From Promethearchaeota archaeon (GTDB taxonomy: Archaea; Asgardarchaeota; Lokiarchaeia; Sigyniarchaeales; Promethearchaeaceae): DNA of 32,000 bases. Location of the stretch: assembly GCA_016933055.1 (NCBI GenBank), contig JAFGBS010000019.1, positions 60,001-92,000 on the forward strand, read 5' to 3'. Below, one piece after another: positions 9,082-19,483 of this stretch (position 1 is its first letter; every line of letters starts with the position of its first letter). A model generated the notes under the pieces. That model was given only the letters and a program-made list of their open reading frames with translations, had not been told where the DNA came from and made no database searches. A program made the translations under genes and the position numbers.

Positions 9082-9221
9082 AAAAGTAGGAACTTTCCCC
9101 CATAATGGGGAACTAGATCCCATTCCTAAAGGCTTATTAGAAAGATAGCACAAGATTTTTTAATCTAAAGAGGGTAAAATGATAATATCGTCTTTTTTAC
9201 CGCATAGGTGTGAATATTCGC

Positions 9222-10295
9222 ATGCAAATTAAAGTCATAACAGTTTCCGATAACGAGCGAAAGTCCAAACCCGAAGATGAGTCCGCACTTCGATTCGGGG
9301 AATTATTTACGGACCACATGTTTCTGATGAGCTGGAACGATAAAGAGGGTTGGCAAGATGCCCAGATTAAAAAATTTGAACCTTTACAACTTTCTCCCGC
9401 TGCAATTGTATTACATTATGCCAATGAGATATTTGAAGGGTTAAAGGCTTATAAAACTCCTGAAAATCACATAATATTATTCCGCCCCCGCAAAAATTTT
9501 GAGCGACTAAACAATAGTGCCGAACGAATGGTTCTCCCCCAAGTAGATATTGATTTTGTGTTAAAAGCATTAAAAAAACTCATCCTCATTGAGAAAGATT
9601 GGGTACCCTCTTCTCCCGGTACCTCTCTCTATATACGCCCTACAATGATTGGTGTAGATCCTTTTATTGGAGTTCGTCCTCCCTCTCAAGTTCTTTTCTT
9701 CATAATTCTTAGCCCCGTTGGTCCCTATTTTCCTGATGGGTTTAAACCTGTGAATATTCTTGTAGAAACTAAGTATGTTCGGGCTGTGGGGGAAGGGGGC
9801 ACCGGAGATGCAAAATGCGGAGGAAATTATGCGGGAAGTCTAAAAGCATCTACTTTAGCAAAAAAGAAAGGATATGCTCAAGTTTTATGGTTGGACTCCA
9901 AAAAGAAGTATGTTGAAGAGGTAGGAACAATGAATATGGTGTTTGTGTTTGAAGATGAAGTTGTCACTGCGCCATTAGATGGTAGTATTCTCCCTGGAAT
10001 TACCCGTGATTCCATTCTTACCATCTGTAGAGACTGGGGATACAATGTATCAGAACGAAAACTCACCATAACTGAAGTAGTGAAAGGTATTAAAAATGGA
10101 ACTTTAATTGAAGCTTTTGGTTGTGGTACAGCAGCGATAATCACCCCCACGGGTAGTTTGAATTATAAAAACAATGACTATGTGATAAATAACGGCGAGA
10201 TAGGGGGATTAACTCAAAAATTATATGATTACCTTACGGGGATCCAGTACGGTTTAATTCCCGATGAATACGAATGGACCGAGCGTGTCATTTAG
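9222..10295 (+). CDS. ilvE: Branched-chain amino acid aminotransferase (fold IV PLP)
   Basis: FGELFTDHM, LHYANEIFEGLKAY, LYIRP, AKCGGNY (PLP Lys), EEVGTMN, ILPGITRDS, FGCGTAA. AGGTG RBS at 9206-9210, so ATG 9222 is the start. Confidence 0.95.
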   Translation: MQIKVITVSDNERKSKPEDESALRFGELFTDHMFLMSWNDKEGWQDAQIKKFEPLQLSPAAIVLHYANEIFEGLKAYKTPENHIILFRPRKNFERLNNSAERMVLPQVDIDFVLKALKKLILIEKDWVPSSPGTSLYIRPTMIGVDPFIGVRPPSQVLFFIILSPVGPYFPDGFKPVNILVETKYVRAVGEGGTGDAKCGGNYAGSLKASTLAKKKGYAQVLWLDSKKKYVEEVGTMNMVFVFEDEVVTAPLDGSILPGITRDSILTICRDWGYNVSERKLTITEVVKGIKNGTLIEAFGCGTAAIITPTGSLNYKNNDYVINNGEIGGLTQKLYDYLTGIQYGLIPDEYEWTERVI

Positions 10296-10803
10296 CATTT
10301 TTTTTTATTTTTTGCTTGATCTTCTTCACTATAGAGCTAATGTGGTTATTACTTACTTGGATGACATAATCTGCATATTTCTGGTATAATGGCTCACGGA
10401 ATCGGAACAAATTTCTGAAATTTTCGGTGTTATCCATTTCATATAAGGGTCGAGAGGCAGAGTGTTCAATTCGGTCAATAATCGTCTTGAAATCTGATTT
10501 AAGATAAATTATCATTCCGTTTTCAGATAAGAATTCCATGTTTTGCGGTTCCAAAATCACCCCTCCTCCTGTTGCAATAACTAGGTTTGATTTTTTCCTC
10601 AATTCTTTTGAAAGTAACCGTTCATGTTCTCGAAATGCATGTTCTCCTTGTTCTTGGAAGATTTGCTTAATTGACATATTCAATGTGGATTGAATCAATT
10701 CATCCATATCCACAAATTCCATACCTAATTCATCAGCTAACTTTTTTCCTATCGTAGATTTGCCTGAACCCATAAATCCGATCAAAATAACATTTAATTT
10801 CAT
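10288..10803 (-). CDS. aroK: Shikimate kinase, NMP-kinase fold (bacterial type)
   Basis: LIGFMGSGKSTIG P-loop, FVDMD, GEHAFREHE, ATGGG, SRPL lid, REPLY. Confidence 0.93.
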   Translation of the reverse strand: MKLNVILIGFMGSGKSTIGKKLADELGMEFVDMDELIQSTLNMSIKQIFQEQGEHAFREHERLLSKELRKKSNLVIATGGGVILEPQNMEFLSENGMIIYLKSDFKTIIDRIEHSASRPLYEMDNTENFRNLFRFREPLYQKYADYVIQVSNNHISSIVKKIKQKIKKNAK

Positions 10804-11324
10804 TTACTTTTCCCTTGTTTAGCATATACATTTCTGCGCACATGGAGAAAATCACGGATAGGGGGAGGAATGTCAAGTTTAGCTAGTTTAGTAGCGAGAT
10901 TATAAGCATCTTTGAATTGTCCTCGTTTTGCCAGTTCATCCATTTGCATTATTTTCGATGCTATGTCCTTATTACGTTCAAAATATTCTACAACCTCTTT
11001 CTCCCTTTGCTCTTTTATATCAATTAATTTTTTGCCAGAAAAGGGAATTTTTTGTTGAGATTTCTTCTTCATCATTCGACCAATAACACGTAGGGCTTGC
11101 CCCGATACTAACACTCCCATGAGAATACCAAATAATACCCAGTTAAATCTTGACCCTAAAGTAATTGTAATTATTAAAATGCAAATAGCTGCGATTCCTG
11201 TAACAAACCAGCCTGAATAGATTAAAAATTTTCCCCACCGCTGCAATTTAGCGCGCTGTTTTTCCGTATTTAATCCGTATTCTGAAAATGCATTCTCGTT
11301 TAATTGTTTCCTTGAATTCATCAC
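10800..11324 (-). CDS. Hypothetical membrane protein (2 TM, helical C-terminus)
   Basis: Two hydrophobic segments. ATGA overlap with the aroK start. Confidence 0.7.
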   Translation of the reverse strand: MMNSRKQLNENAFSEYGLNTEKQRAKLQRWGKFLIYSGWFVTGIAAICILIITITLGSRFNWVLFGILMGVLVSGQALRVIGRMMKKKSQQKIPFSGKKLIDIKEQREKEVVEYFERNKDIASKIMQMDELAKRGQFKDAYNLATKLAKLDIPPPIRDFLHVRRNVYAKQGKSK

Positions 11325-11367
11325 ACTACGGGTACATTAAATATGCACGATATTATAACTTATACCT

Positions 11368-12249
11368 ATGGAAGATCATACCTCAAAATCGTATTCAACA
11401 TTTTATTTAATCGGGAATCCGGTGGCACACTCAATCTCCCCTCAAATTTTTAATGCTTTATTCGAACATTTTCATTTGCCTTATAATTACACAAAAATGC
11501 TTGTGACCTCTCAAAAACTACCAGATATACTCAATACATTTAAAAAACAAGGTATAATTGGATTTAATGTCACTATACCCCTTAAGAACACAATAATGGA
11601 TTATTTGGACGAGATTTCTCCAATTGCAAAGAAAATTGGAGCGGTAAATTCAGTTAAAATACAAAATGGACGAACCATTGGAACGAATACGGATATCCAA
11701 GGAATACAGAATAGTTTTGAGCAAGCAGGTTATGTGCATCAAGTAAATCAGCAAGTCGTACTTGTTGGTAGTGGTGGAGCTGCATATGCAGCCGCATCTT
11801 ATTTGTCCAATTATACAACTACTCTTTCTATCATAAACCGCACCTTAGAAAATGCAGAAAATTTAAGAAGGAATATGGTATCCCATCCCGAAAATAAAGT
11901 AAAAATTACTTGCTATCCACTACATTGCCCTCAAGAAGAATCGATTCTAGAATCCGCAGATCTCATTATAAATGCCACACCTATTGGAATGTGGCCTCAA
12001 TCTGATTATGATCCCATTGATGGGTATATCCCGAAACAAAACCAATGGGTGTTTGATATGGTATATAATCCTATCGAAACCAAATTACTTCGTAAATCGA
12101 AATTAAATGGAGCTAAAACCATATCTGGATTAGATATGCTTATATATCAAGCAGCAGAAGCATTCAGATGGTGGATTGATTGGGTGCCCAATATTGAATT
12201 AATGAAACATGTCGCTGTACAAAACTTATCTATTATTTCTTCAGAATGA
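11368..12249 (+). CDS. aroE: Shikimate dehydrogenase
   Basis: IGNPVAHSISP, GFNVTIPLK, GAVNSV, NTD, GSGGAA, NRT, NATPIGM, DMVYNP, GLDMLIYQA. Confidence 0.95.
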   Translation: MEDHTSKSYSTFYLIGNPVAHSISPQIFNALFEHFHLPYNYTKMLVTSQKLPDILNTFKKQGIIGFNVTIPLKNTIMDYLDEISPIAKKIGAVNSVKIQNGRTIGTNTDIQGIQNSFEQAGYVHQVNQQVVLVGSGGAAYAAASYLSNYTTTLSIINRTLENAENLRRNMVSHPENKVKITCYPLHCPQEESILESADLIINATPIGMWPQSDYDPIDGYIPKQNQWVFDMVYNPIETKLLRKSKLNGAKTISGLDMLIYQAAEAFRWWIDWVPNIELMKHVAVQNLSIISSE

Positions 12250-13363
12250 TAGTGATTTCATCTCCATCCATCATTTCATGGTCCATCCGAATAAAGCGTT
12301 GACCAGGATGTTTGGAACTGGGTCCCCAAATCTGGGCGTATTTGTACAAGCGAACGAAATCTTTATGGATCTTTATACACACATCTTCAATGGTACTATG
12401 TTTTTTTAGAACCATTGGGTCATTATAATCCGCTTTTTTTCCAGGAGGACGATTATATACACGGATAAGTTCTAATTTTTCAAATATTTCAGATCGAAGT
12501 TCGTCAATGTTTCGTTTCTCCAAAGCACTGACGGTCACGTAATCCGTATCCGGTAATAATTGAGGAACTCGTCTCAATTCTTCCTTACTGGCAAGATCTA
12601 CTTTATTAATAATAACAAATTCTCGGATATAATTTCGGTTCCCTTGAATTCCATCAATAAATTCATCGGGAGTTAGATCTTCATAGAGATATACTCCTGC
12701 ATTTCTCTTTTTATACTCATACATCATAGTCTTAATTAAATCTTCATCGAGAACAGACTGTTTAACTTGACTCGTTATTCCTATTCCACCTTTTTGCCGA
12801 GGGCGAATTTCCATCCGAGGGGGGGATTTATTCAATCGAATACCTACATTATATAATTCTTGCCGTATTATATCAAGTTCTTCCGTATTCAATTTTCCAT
12901 CCTCTTGAAAGCAAATGATAATCAGAATCAGATCTGCGGTACGAACCACTCCAAGGATTTCCTTTCCCCTTCCCTTTCCTTGTGCGGCGCCTAAAATAAT
13001 ACCTGGTAAATCAATAAGTTGGATTCGAGCTCCTTTAATTTCCATCATGCCGGGTATGGCTGTTAGGGTCGTGAAATCGTAAGAAGCTACTTTTGAATCC
13101 GTTCTGCCTTCGGTTAATTCATTTAGAAGAGAAGATTTTCCCACACTGGGAAATCCAATAAATGCAACTTGAGCATCCCCTGTTTTTTTTATCCCAAAAC
13201 CAGAACCGCCCCCCTTTTTCGAACTGGTTATCTCCACTAATTGCTGTCGTAATTTAGACAATTGTGCCTTGATATATACAATGGACTTCATTGTGTGTTT
13301 GTTTGGGGCGGTTTTCTCTAAACGTTCCTCAAGTTCTGCGATTTTCTCTTCTACTTTACTCAA
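12233..13363 (-). CDS. drg: DRG-family (OBG-like) GTPase with C-terminal TGS domain
   Basis: G1 GFPSVGKS, G2 YDFTT, G3 DLPG, G4 NKVD, TGS tail (YAQIWGPS.KHPGQR). TTG start with AAGGT 7 nt upstream. Confidence 0.93.
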   Translation of the reverse strand: MSKVEEKIAELEERLEKTAPNKHTMKSIVYIKAQLSKLRQQLVEITSSKKGGGSGFGIKKTGDAQVAFIGFPSVGKSSLLNELTEGRTDSKVASYDFTTLTAIPGMMEIKGARIQLIDLPGIILGAAQGKGRGKEILGVVRTADLILIIICFQEDGKLNTEELDIIRQELYNVGIRLNKSPPRMEIRPRQKGGIGITSQVKQSVLDEDLIKTMMYEYKKRNAGVYLYEDLTPDEFIDGIQGNRNYIREFVIINKVDLASKEELRRVPQLLPDTDYVTVSALEKRNIDELRSEIFEKLELIRVYNRPPGKKADYNDPMVLKKHSTIEDVCIKIHKDFVRLYKYAQIWGPSSKHPGQRFIRMDHEMMDGDEITIILKK

Positions 13364-13459
13364 TTCAAATACCTTAATAACTCTTAAAAAAACCTTATAG
13401 AAAGTTAATTAATCGGAAAAATTAATATTTTCGATTCTTCCATGCAGATTCTGGTTTCC

Positions 13460-14170
13460 CTAGAGGAATTTTTGGATATCAGAGAGGTGAATTTGACCGG
13501 GAGCTGTCGGTTCCCCGATATATGCATAGGTATAGTTGCAACCATTCTTAATCGATTGAATTCGAGACATTTTACCGTCCTCTCCCATGCAAAAGCTAAT
13601 GAGCTTAAATCCCTTATCATGATATTTTTTGCAGAAATTCAGTACTGTATTCTGATCATCAGATGTTTTAGCCATGAAGACCATTTTTAGAATATTTTGA
13701 GGATCCGATGCAAAATGAGGCAGGAGCTGCAGAAAATATTCACATAACTCAGAAATAACGTCTAAGGAGGGTGTTTCCTCCCAATTATGATATGAATAAA
13801 TTATGGATACATGATTTTTAACAGCCAGATCCGCTAATTCTGTCAAAGGAATGAGCGGGATATTTGCATTTAAATCAATATAATCGGGTTGACACCTAAT
13901 TAGAGAGCGTAACTTCTGAAAGAGTAATGGATTATCTCCCATTGAACTATGATAGGCAAAAATCATCTTAAAATCATTATCTCTCAGATTTGTTTTTGCA
14001 TCTGCGATCAGGTTTCTTGTTAATTTCTCTCTTAGAAAATCAAAACGTATCTCGATACAAGAAATACCTAAATCTAATTTTCTTAAATTAAATAATTCCT
14101 CATAAAATTGGGCTTTAGAATAAAATGGGATTGAAATTATTACTTTTTTCATAAAATGGGATAGATCCAT
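13460..14170 (-). CDS. aroD: 3-dehydroquinate dehydratase type I
   Basis: IEIRFD, SYHN (His), LKMV (Schiff-base Lys), CMGEDGKMSR, YTYA, APGQI. Alternative start at 14152. Confidence 0.85.
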   Translation of the reverse strand: MDLSHFMKKVIISIPFYSKAQFYEELFNLRKLDLGISCIEIRFDFLREKLTRNLIADAKTNLRDNDFKMIFAYHSSMGDNPLLFQKLRSLIRCQPDYIDLNANIPLIPLTELADLAVKNHVSIIYSYHNWEETPSLDVISELCEYFLQLLPHFASDPQNILKMVFMAKTSDDQNTVLNFCKKYHDKGFKLISFCMGEDGKMSRIQSIKNGCNYTYAYIGEPTAPGQIHLSDIQKFL

Positions 14171-14205
14171 GACAAACCTCTATTGTTTTGGGTTGACACC
14201 TACAC

Positions 14206-15522
14206 TTATTGGTCTTTCCGTTTATGCTCAAATTCTAAAAATAATCGAGCAAACAATTCAGGAACTAACTTCATTCGTTGAGGGGTTTCTACATACGCAA
14301 TTCGCATTTGAGTATTTCCCGGATTGCGTTCACCTATTTCAGAGCTATAGAATCCTTTCATAGGTGCAACTAATAGTGTATAATCTGTGTCATCTAAAGT
14401 AACTTTACCCTCCTTAGTACAATACATCACGAAATCTGTCGCATTAAAACCAGGTTTCGCAATATTTCGAACGTCCACGACAGAATATATGGCAGCATCT
14501 GGACTAGATATGATAACACCGGGAAGCATTTCATGAAATTCATCTTGAAGATTCCCCCCTATTTCTTGGTAATATTTGCGCTGTTTCGAAAACCACTGCT
14601 GTAATCGATCATGGGGTTCGTGAGCAAGTCCACCAAATACATATTGAGCAATTGCGGGGGGGCACAAATTCGCAGTTGCTTCAAATACTGCCTTTTCATG
14701 GAATTCATAATTATCCGTTATTAATGCGCCAATTCTAAGACCACATGCATTCCACACTTTAGAGGTAGTCTCGATACTGATTCTTCTCCCTAGGATACCC
14801 GGTACCTCTTTTTCGGTAAGTCCCCATATACTAGAGGCACGTCCTTTTGTATAATATAATTCTCGGTAGGCTTCATCTGAAACCATCCATAGATTATGTT
14901 TCACACACAACTTAGCCAGTTCGACCATGCTTAAGTGATCATAAAATTGACCTGCGGGATTATCATAGGGAATCACCACTAATGCGCCTGGATTATGAAT
15001 TCGCATCATCTCATCAATAACCGAATACTCGGGTAATGTAAATTTGCCATTTTCCTGGAGAATTCGCCTTATTTTTACACTTTGTCTTCCTGTTCGCTTT
15101 ACCATTGAAATGTAATTTGTGTAAACGGGTTCAATTACCATTAAAGGACTCTCTTTCGATCCTGCCGGTCCACAACATCCTAAAACCACTAATTCCATTG
15201 CACCGCTTCCACCGTCAGTAATCATAGAATACAGATGATTGGTATCAAATCCCGAAGCTGCTATCACATTTAAAAATGCCTTATTGGTTTCTTCTGATCC
15301 TACGGTGGGTGTATATCTCACTACCCCTTCTCGAAATGGACTGCTTTCACTTGTAATATTTCTTATTCGTTTTTGCATAGCTGGATGCATTGGAAGACTT
15401 ACGTTTCCAATTGCGACATCTATCGCGTCTACTTTGTCTTCTCGTTTCTGAAATTCGATTTGAGCACACCGAATATCAGATGGTAGTCGGCTTTTAAAAT
15501 GCTTAGAAAGTATTGGATCCAT
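14206..15522 (-). CDS. PLP-dependent aminotransferase class I/II (aspartate/aromatic type)
   Basis: IEPVYTNY, PYDNPAG, SDEAYRE, TSKVWNACGLRIG with PLP Lys. ATG 15522 preferred to TTG 15528. Confidence 0.9.
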   Translation of the reverse strand: MDPILSKHFKSRLPSDIRCAQIEFQKREDKVDAIDVAIGNVSLPMHPAMQKRIRNITSESSPFREGVVRYTPTVGSEETNKAFLNVIAASGFDTNHLYSMITDGGSGAMELVVLGCCGPAGSKESPLMVIEPVYTNYISMVKRTGRQSVKIRRILQENGKFTLPEYSVIDEMMRIHNPGALVVIPYDNPAGQFYDHLSMVELAKLCVKHNLWMVSDEAYRELYYTKGRASSIWGLTEKEVPGILGRRISIETTSKVWNACGLRIGALITDNYEFHEKAVFEATANLCPPAIAQYVFGGLAHEPHDRLQQWFSKQRKYYQEIGGNLQDEFHEMLPGVIISSPDAAIYSVVDVRNIAKPGFNATDFVMYCTKEGKVTLDDTDYTLLVAPMKGFYSSEIGERNPGNTQMRIAYVETPQRMKLVPELFARLFLEFEHKRKDQ

Positions 15523-15936
15523 GTTCAACTATAGCATTTCGAGAATTAAAAAAATAATGAATCGAATCCTTTCCAGCTAGAGAGGTTTAACTCTGCAATG
15601 ATGTACCCCAACTGCGATTCTCACTTTTGTAAATCCTCTATGATTTTGGAGTTTTTCCAAGAAATTTATCGATTTATAAAACAAAGCCGCACTTTTTTCA
15701 TCTGGGAATCAAATTCTCCTTATTTCTACCATCGGGTATAACAATAGAATCTGAAAATAAATACTAAAACCCTCCTTTTCCATGATCAAGTAGGAAGGAT
15801 GGATTTCGACTAAAATCATCGGGTATTCATAAATGACGAGGAAAAAATTACTGATAATACTCTATTAGCATTGCAGTTAAATATTCCAGATTAGTAGGCT
15901 ATGTATTACTTTTATTGTTGAATAGTAGGTTATTGT

Positions 15937-17877
15937 ATGAGTAAATCAAAATTTCCTATTTTAGGAGATGCGGGAACTGAAGAGATTCTAATTGGAAATG
16001 AAGCTTTTGTGCGTGGTATGTATGAAGCGGGAGTAGAAGTTGCCGCTGCCTATCCGGGGTCTCCAACTTCTGAGATTGGTGTCACCTTATCCGCAATATC
16101 TGAAGAATCTGGAATATATTTTGAATTCTCTACAAATGAGAAAGTAGCCCTGGAACTGGCGGCTAGTGCTTCAATTGGAGGAGTACCAGCATGTACATTC
16201 ATGAAAAGTGTAGGATTGAATGTTGCATCAGATAGTTTTGTACAGCTTAGCAAGTTCACATTAAAAGGTGGATTAGTTATCATTCTTGGAGATGATCCTG
16301 GCCCACATTCTAGTCAGAATGAACAAGATAATCGGTACTATGCACGGCTGGCTAAAGTTCCTTTGCTGGAACCGAGTAATTCTCAAGAGGCAAAAGACAT
16401 GATAGTATTTGCAATGGAATTATCACAGAAATGGAAAATGCCTGTGGTGATTCGGTCGACTACACGCATCTGTCATGGAACAGGAATGGTAAAATTTGGC
16501 GCAAAGAAGTCGAGCATTATTGAAAAGAAATTTGAACCCGATTTAGAGGGAGGATACATTCCTCTACCTGGAACTTTGCGACCGCTGCGAATTAAATCAC
16601 TGAATAACTTGAAAAAATGGGAAAAACTTGCTAATGAAGGTGCTTTAATAGAAGAAGTCAAAGTGGGGGATGGAGAATCTCAGATCGGAATCATTACAAG
16701 CGGTCACACATTTGCAGCTACGCTTTCGGCTTTACGAATTCTTGGAGTAAGCGCAACAATCTTGAAGTTAGGAATTGTATATCCTTTGCCCATGAATAAA
16801 ATTGTAGACTTTTTGCAACGGTTTAAGAAGGTAAAAATTCTTGAAGAATTGGATCCTTTCCTTGAAGATTTGATAAAAGTAGGTCTGTATGAAAGAAAAA
16901 TCACCGGGATTACATTACTAGGGAAATCTTCAGAAGAATATGAGTTTGAAGAAGAAGAATGGCTTGGGGAATATGACACCACGAGGTTAGTCACCATGTT
17001 AGCCAAGATCTTAGATATAAAGAATCCAATCGATTTTTTAAAGTCAGAAATAGAAGTTCCAGCAAGACCCCCTCAATTATGTCCTGGATGTGGTCACCGA
17101 ACAAGCTTTATGAGTGCTAAAGAAGTGATTGAAGAAAGAAGTGGATTCTCAATGGCAGATATAGGTTGTTATTCCCTTGGATACTTACCCCCCTATAATC
17201 AAGGGCTTGTATTATATTCTATGGGATCTGGAGTCCCTTCAACCTCTGGTATGAGCAAAGCATTACCTGCAACTCCTCTGATGTCTTTTATTGGTGATAG
17301 TACACTGTTTCATGCTGGACTTCCTGGAATAATTAACGCCGTTTGGAATAGACATAAACAAGTACTTATGGTTATGGATAATGGCATCACTGCCATGACG
17401 GGCCATCAGCCTAATCCTAATACTGGTAAAAAATCCCTTGGAGCTCCCTTAACTGGAAAATATATGAACCAGAAATCAATGAGTATAGACTCTATTCTTG
17501 AAGGAATTGGCGTAAAATTCATTAAGCGAGTACCTGCCTATGACCAGAAACAAGTAACAAATGCATTAAATGAAGCGTTCGACTTTGCGGAGAAGAATAA
17601 TACGCTTGCAGTAGTCATACAAGAAGAACCATGTGCCTTAATGCGATCTTCCGCAGAAAGACGTGCTGGTACTCTGGCTAATCCATTTTACATCGATCAT
17701 GCAATTTGTCGAAATATACAAAGATGCTTAACGGAGTTCGCTTGTCCTGCAATAGAGGAAATTGATGAGAAAGTCGAGATAAATGTTGATTTGTGCATTG
17801 GCTGTGGATGTTGTGTGCAAAATTGTCCTTTAATCGAGAAACCAATAAAACAGATGGAGGATTTCAAACGAGTTTAA
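15937..17877 (+). CDS. iorA: Indolepyruvate:ferredoxin oxidoreductase alpha subunit
   Basis: GNEAFVRG, YPGSPTSEI, STNEKVALE, MKSVGLNVA, DDPGPHSSQNEQD, LCPGCGHR, DIGCY, GDS..N TPP motif, C-terminal ferredoxin. Confidence 0.95.
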   Translation: MSKSKFPILGDAGTEEILIGNEAFVRGMYEAGVEVAAAYPGSPTSEIGVTLSAISEESGIYFEFSTNEKVALELAASASIGGVPACTFMKSVGLNVASDSFVQLSKFTLKGGLVIILGDDPGPHSSQNEQDNRYYARLAKVPLLEPSNSQEAKDMIVFAMELSQKWKMPVVIRSTTRICHGTGMVKFGAKKSSIIEKKFEPDLEGGYIPLPGTLRPLRIKSLNNLKKWEKLANEGALIEEVKVGDGESQIGIITSGHTFAATLSALRILGVSATILKLGIVYPLPMNKIVDFLQRFKKVKILEELDPFLEDLIKVGLYERKITGITLLGKSSEEYEFEEEEWLGEYDTTRLVTMLAKILDIKNPIDFLKSEIEVPARPPQLCPGCGHRTSFMSAKEVIEERSGFSMADIGCYSLGYLPPYNQGLVLYSMGSGVPSTSGMSKALPATPLMSFIGDSTLFHAGLPGIINAVWNRHKQVLMVMDNGITAMTGHQPNPNTGKKSLGAPLTGKYMNQKSMSIDSILEGIGVKFIKRVPAYDQKQVTNALNEAFDFAEKNNTLAVVIQEEPCALMRSSAERRAGTLANPFYIDHAICRNIQRCLTEFACPAIEEIDEKVEINVDLCIGCGCCVQNCPLIEKPIKQMEDFKRV

Positions 17878-17887
17878 AGTGATTATT

Positions 17888-18496
17888 ATGTCAAAAGACA
17901 GACTAAAAGTCCATATCAGTGGGATGGGGGGTCAAGGTGTTGGGGCTACGAGCAGGATTCTAACCTATGCATCCCAATTAGCGGGATTATCTGTAAGCTC
18001 CATGGAAACTCATGGATTAGCACAAAGAGGAGGGGTTGTGGTGAGTGATATCGCTATCGGTTATGGTAGGGAATCTCCATTATGTGCAAATGGAGAAGCT
18101 GACGTCTTACTAACTCTTGAGGCATTAGAAGCACTTAGATCGATGGTCAAACTCCGTAAAGATGGAATAGCAGTTGTGAATACCACAAAATATCAACCTC
18201 TATCTGTCAGGATAAGTAGAGGAGAAGTAAAATATCCAACACTTGAGGAAATAAAGCAAGAATTGAAAAAACGAACTCCCAATGTAATAATGGTGGATGC
18301 TGACAAGACTGCTAGAAACCTTGGCATATCTTTAGCTATGAACGTTGTTCTTATCGGTGCATTATGTGCGAATACAGATATTCTACCTTTTACTGAAGAA
18401 CAGTTAAAAGAAGCTATCAAAGCAAAAATACCACAGAAATTTGTTGGAGTGAATATGGCAGCTTTTAGTAAAGGAAAGGAAACAAAAATTTCCTAA
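17888..18496 (+). CDS. iorB: Indolepyruvate:ferredoxin oxidoreductase beta subunit
   Basis: GMGGQG, ETHGLAQRGGVV, LEALEALR, MNVVLIG, N..AF..G. Lies 10 nt after iorA. Confidence 0.93.
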   Translation: MSKDRLKVHISGMGGQGVGATSRILTYASQLAGLSVSSMETHGLAQRGGVVVSDIAIGYGRESPLCANGEADVLLTLEALEALRSMVKLRKDGIAVVNTTKYQPLSVRISRGEVKYPTLEEIKQELKKRTPNVIMVDADKTARNLGISLAMNVVLIGALCANTDILPFTEEQLKEAIKAKIPQKFVGVNMAAFSKGKETKIS

Positions 18497-18636
18497 TATT
18501 TTATCATATTAATTTTTAATTCCCCAATCTCTCTTCCTAAATCTGAGATCCATGAAAATTTGAACTCATTTTCTTCTTTTCTCAAATAATGATATTTTGT
18601 ATTAAAAAAAAATGTAAGAAAATTTCGACTTAAGGT

Positions 18637-19305
18637 TTAATCATGTTTGATTTTTTTGTGGCACAACCACCAATCATAACATTCAAATTCCCCTTTCTTT
18701 GCCGCTTCGAGTCTTTTCTTCGCAGTCTCGACATCTCTTGCGGGTGGTACTATTACATGATCCCCAACAAGTTCACTATTTGGCCAGTTTGCAGGGATGG
18801 CTACATTCTCTTTATCCGCAATTTGGAGGATCTTCACGATTCTGAGAATTTCTGACATATTTCTACCGATCTCTTGTGGATAGTACAGAATAATTCGAAT
18901 TTTTCCCTCAGTATCCATGATAAAGACTGCTCGAACGGTACTGGCTCCTTTGTTTGGGTGTACCATACCGAGTTTTTTAGCAACGTCCCCATGGTCTGCA
19001 ATAATCGGAAATGAGATTTCCATATCTAGATTTTCCTTAATCCACTCTCCCCACTTCATATGACTGTAAACTTGGTCTATACTTAACCCAATTAATTCAC
19101 AATTCAATTTCTTGAATTCCGGATACAATTTTGCAAATGAGTAAAATTCCGTAGTACAGACCGGAGTATAATCTGCAGGGTGACTGAACAGTACAAAATA
19201 CTTTCCCTTGTAGTGCTCTGGTAACTTCAACACTCCGTGTGTCGTCGTAACCGTCATATCCGGTAGCATATCCCCAATTAACGGCATTGATATATTTTCA
19301 TCCAT
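18637..19305 (-). CDS. Peroxiredoxin, Prx6 class, archaeal TPx type
   Basis: [15 protein letters not shown] peroxidatic Cys, [15 protein letters not shown]-terminal CYDWWLC. Confidence 0.95.
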   Translation of the reverse strand: MDENISMPLIGDMLPDMTVTTTHGVLKLPEHYKGKYFVLFSHPADYTPVCTTEFYSFAKLYPEFKKLNCELIGLSIDQVYSHMKWGEWIKENLDMEISFPIIADHGDVAKKLGMVHPNKGASTVRAVFIMDTEGKIRIILYYPQEIGRNMSEILRIVKILQIADKENVAIPANWPNSELVGDHVIVPPARDVETAKKRLEAAKKGEFECYDWWLCHKKIKHD

Positions 19306-19483
19306 ATTTTTCACTTTGTAATTTAGTTAAATTGTTTCACAGCTGTATAAGCTTCGAATAGTGTATAGCTCAAGCTAATAAAAAGGATGATCCTTAGAAA
19401 ATAAAATGCGGATAAAAAAAATATGGGATTTTCCCGTTGGTTTCTCCGATGTTTACTTATAAAAGAAAAAATAGATCTTTAAT

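Noticed and set aside
9095-9112. Hairpin TTCCCC-6nt-GGGGAA after the longin-like gene
   Set aside because: Only a 6-bp stem with no adjacent U-tract. It may be a terminator but is not supportable.
15598-15741. 47-codon ORF in the aminotransferase-iorA spacer
   Set aside because: No RBS, no motif, and the length is compatible with chance.
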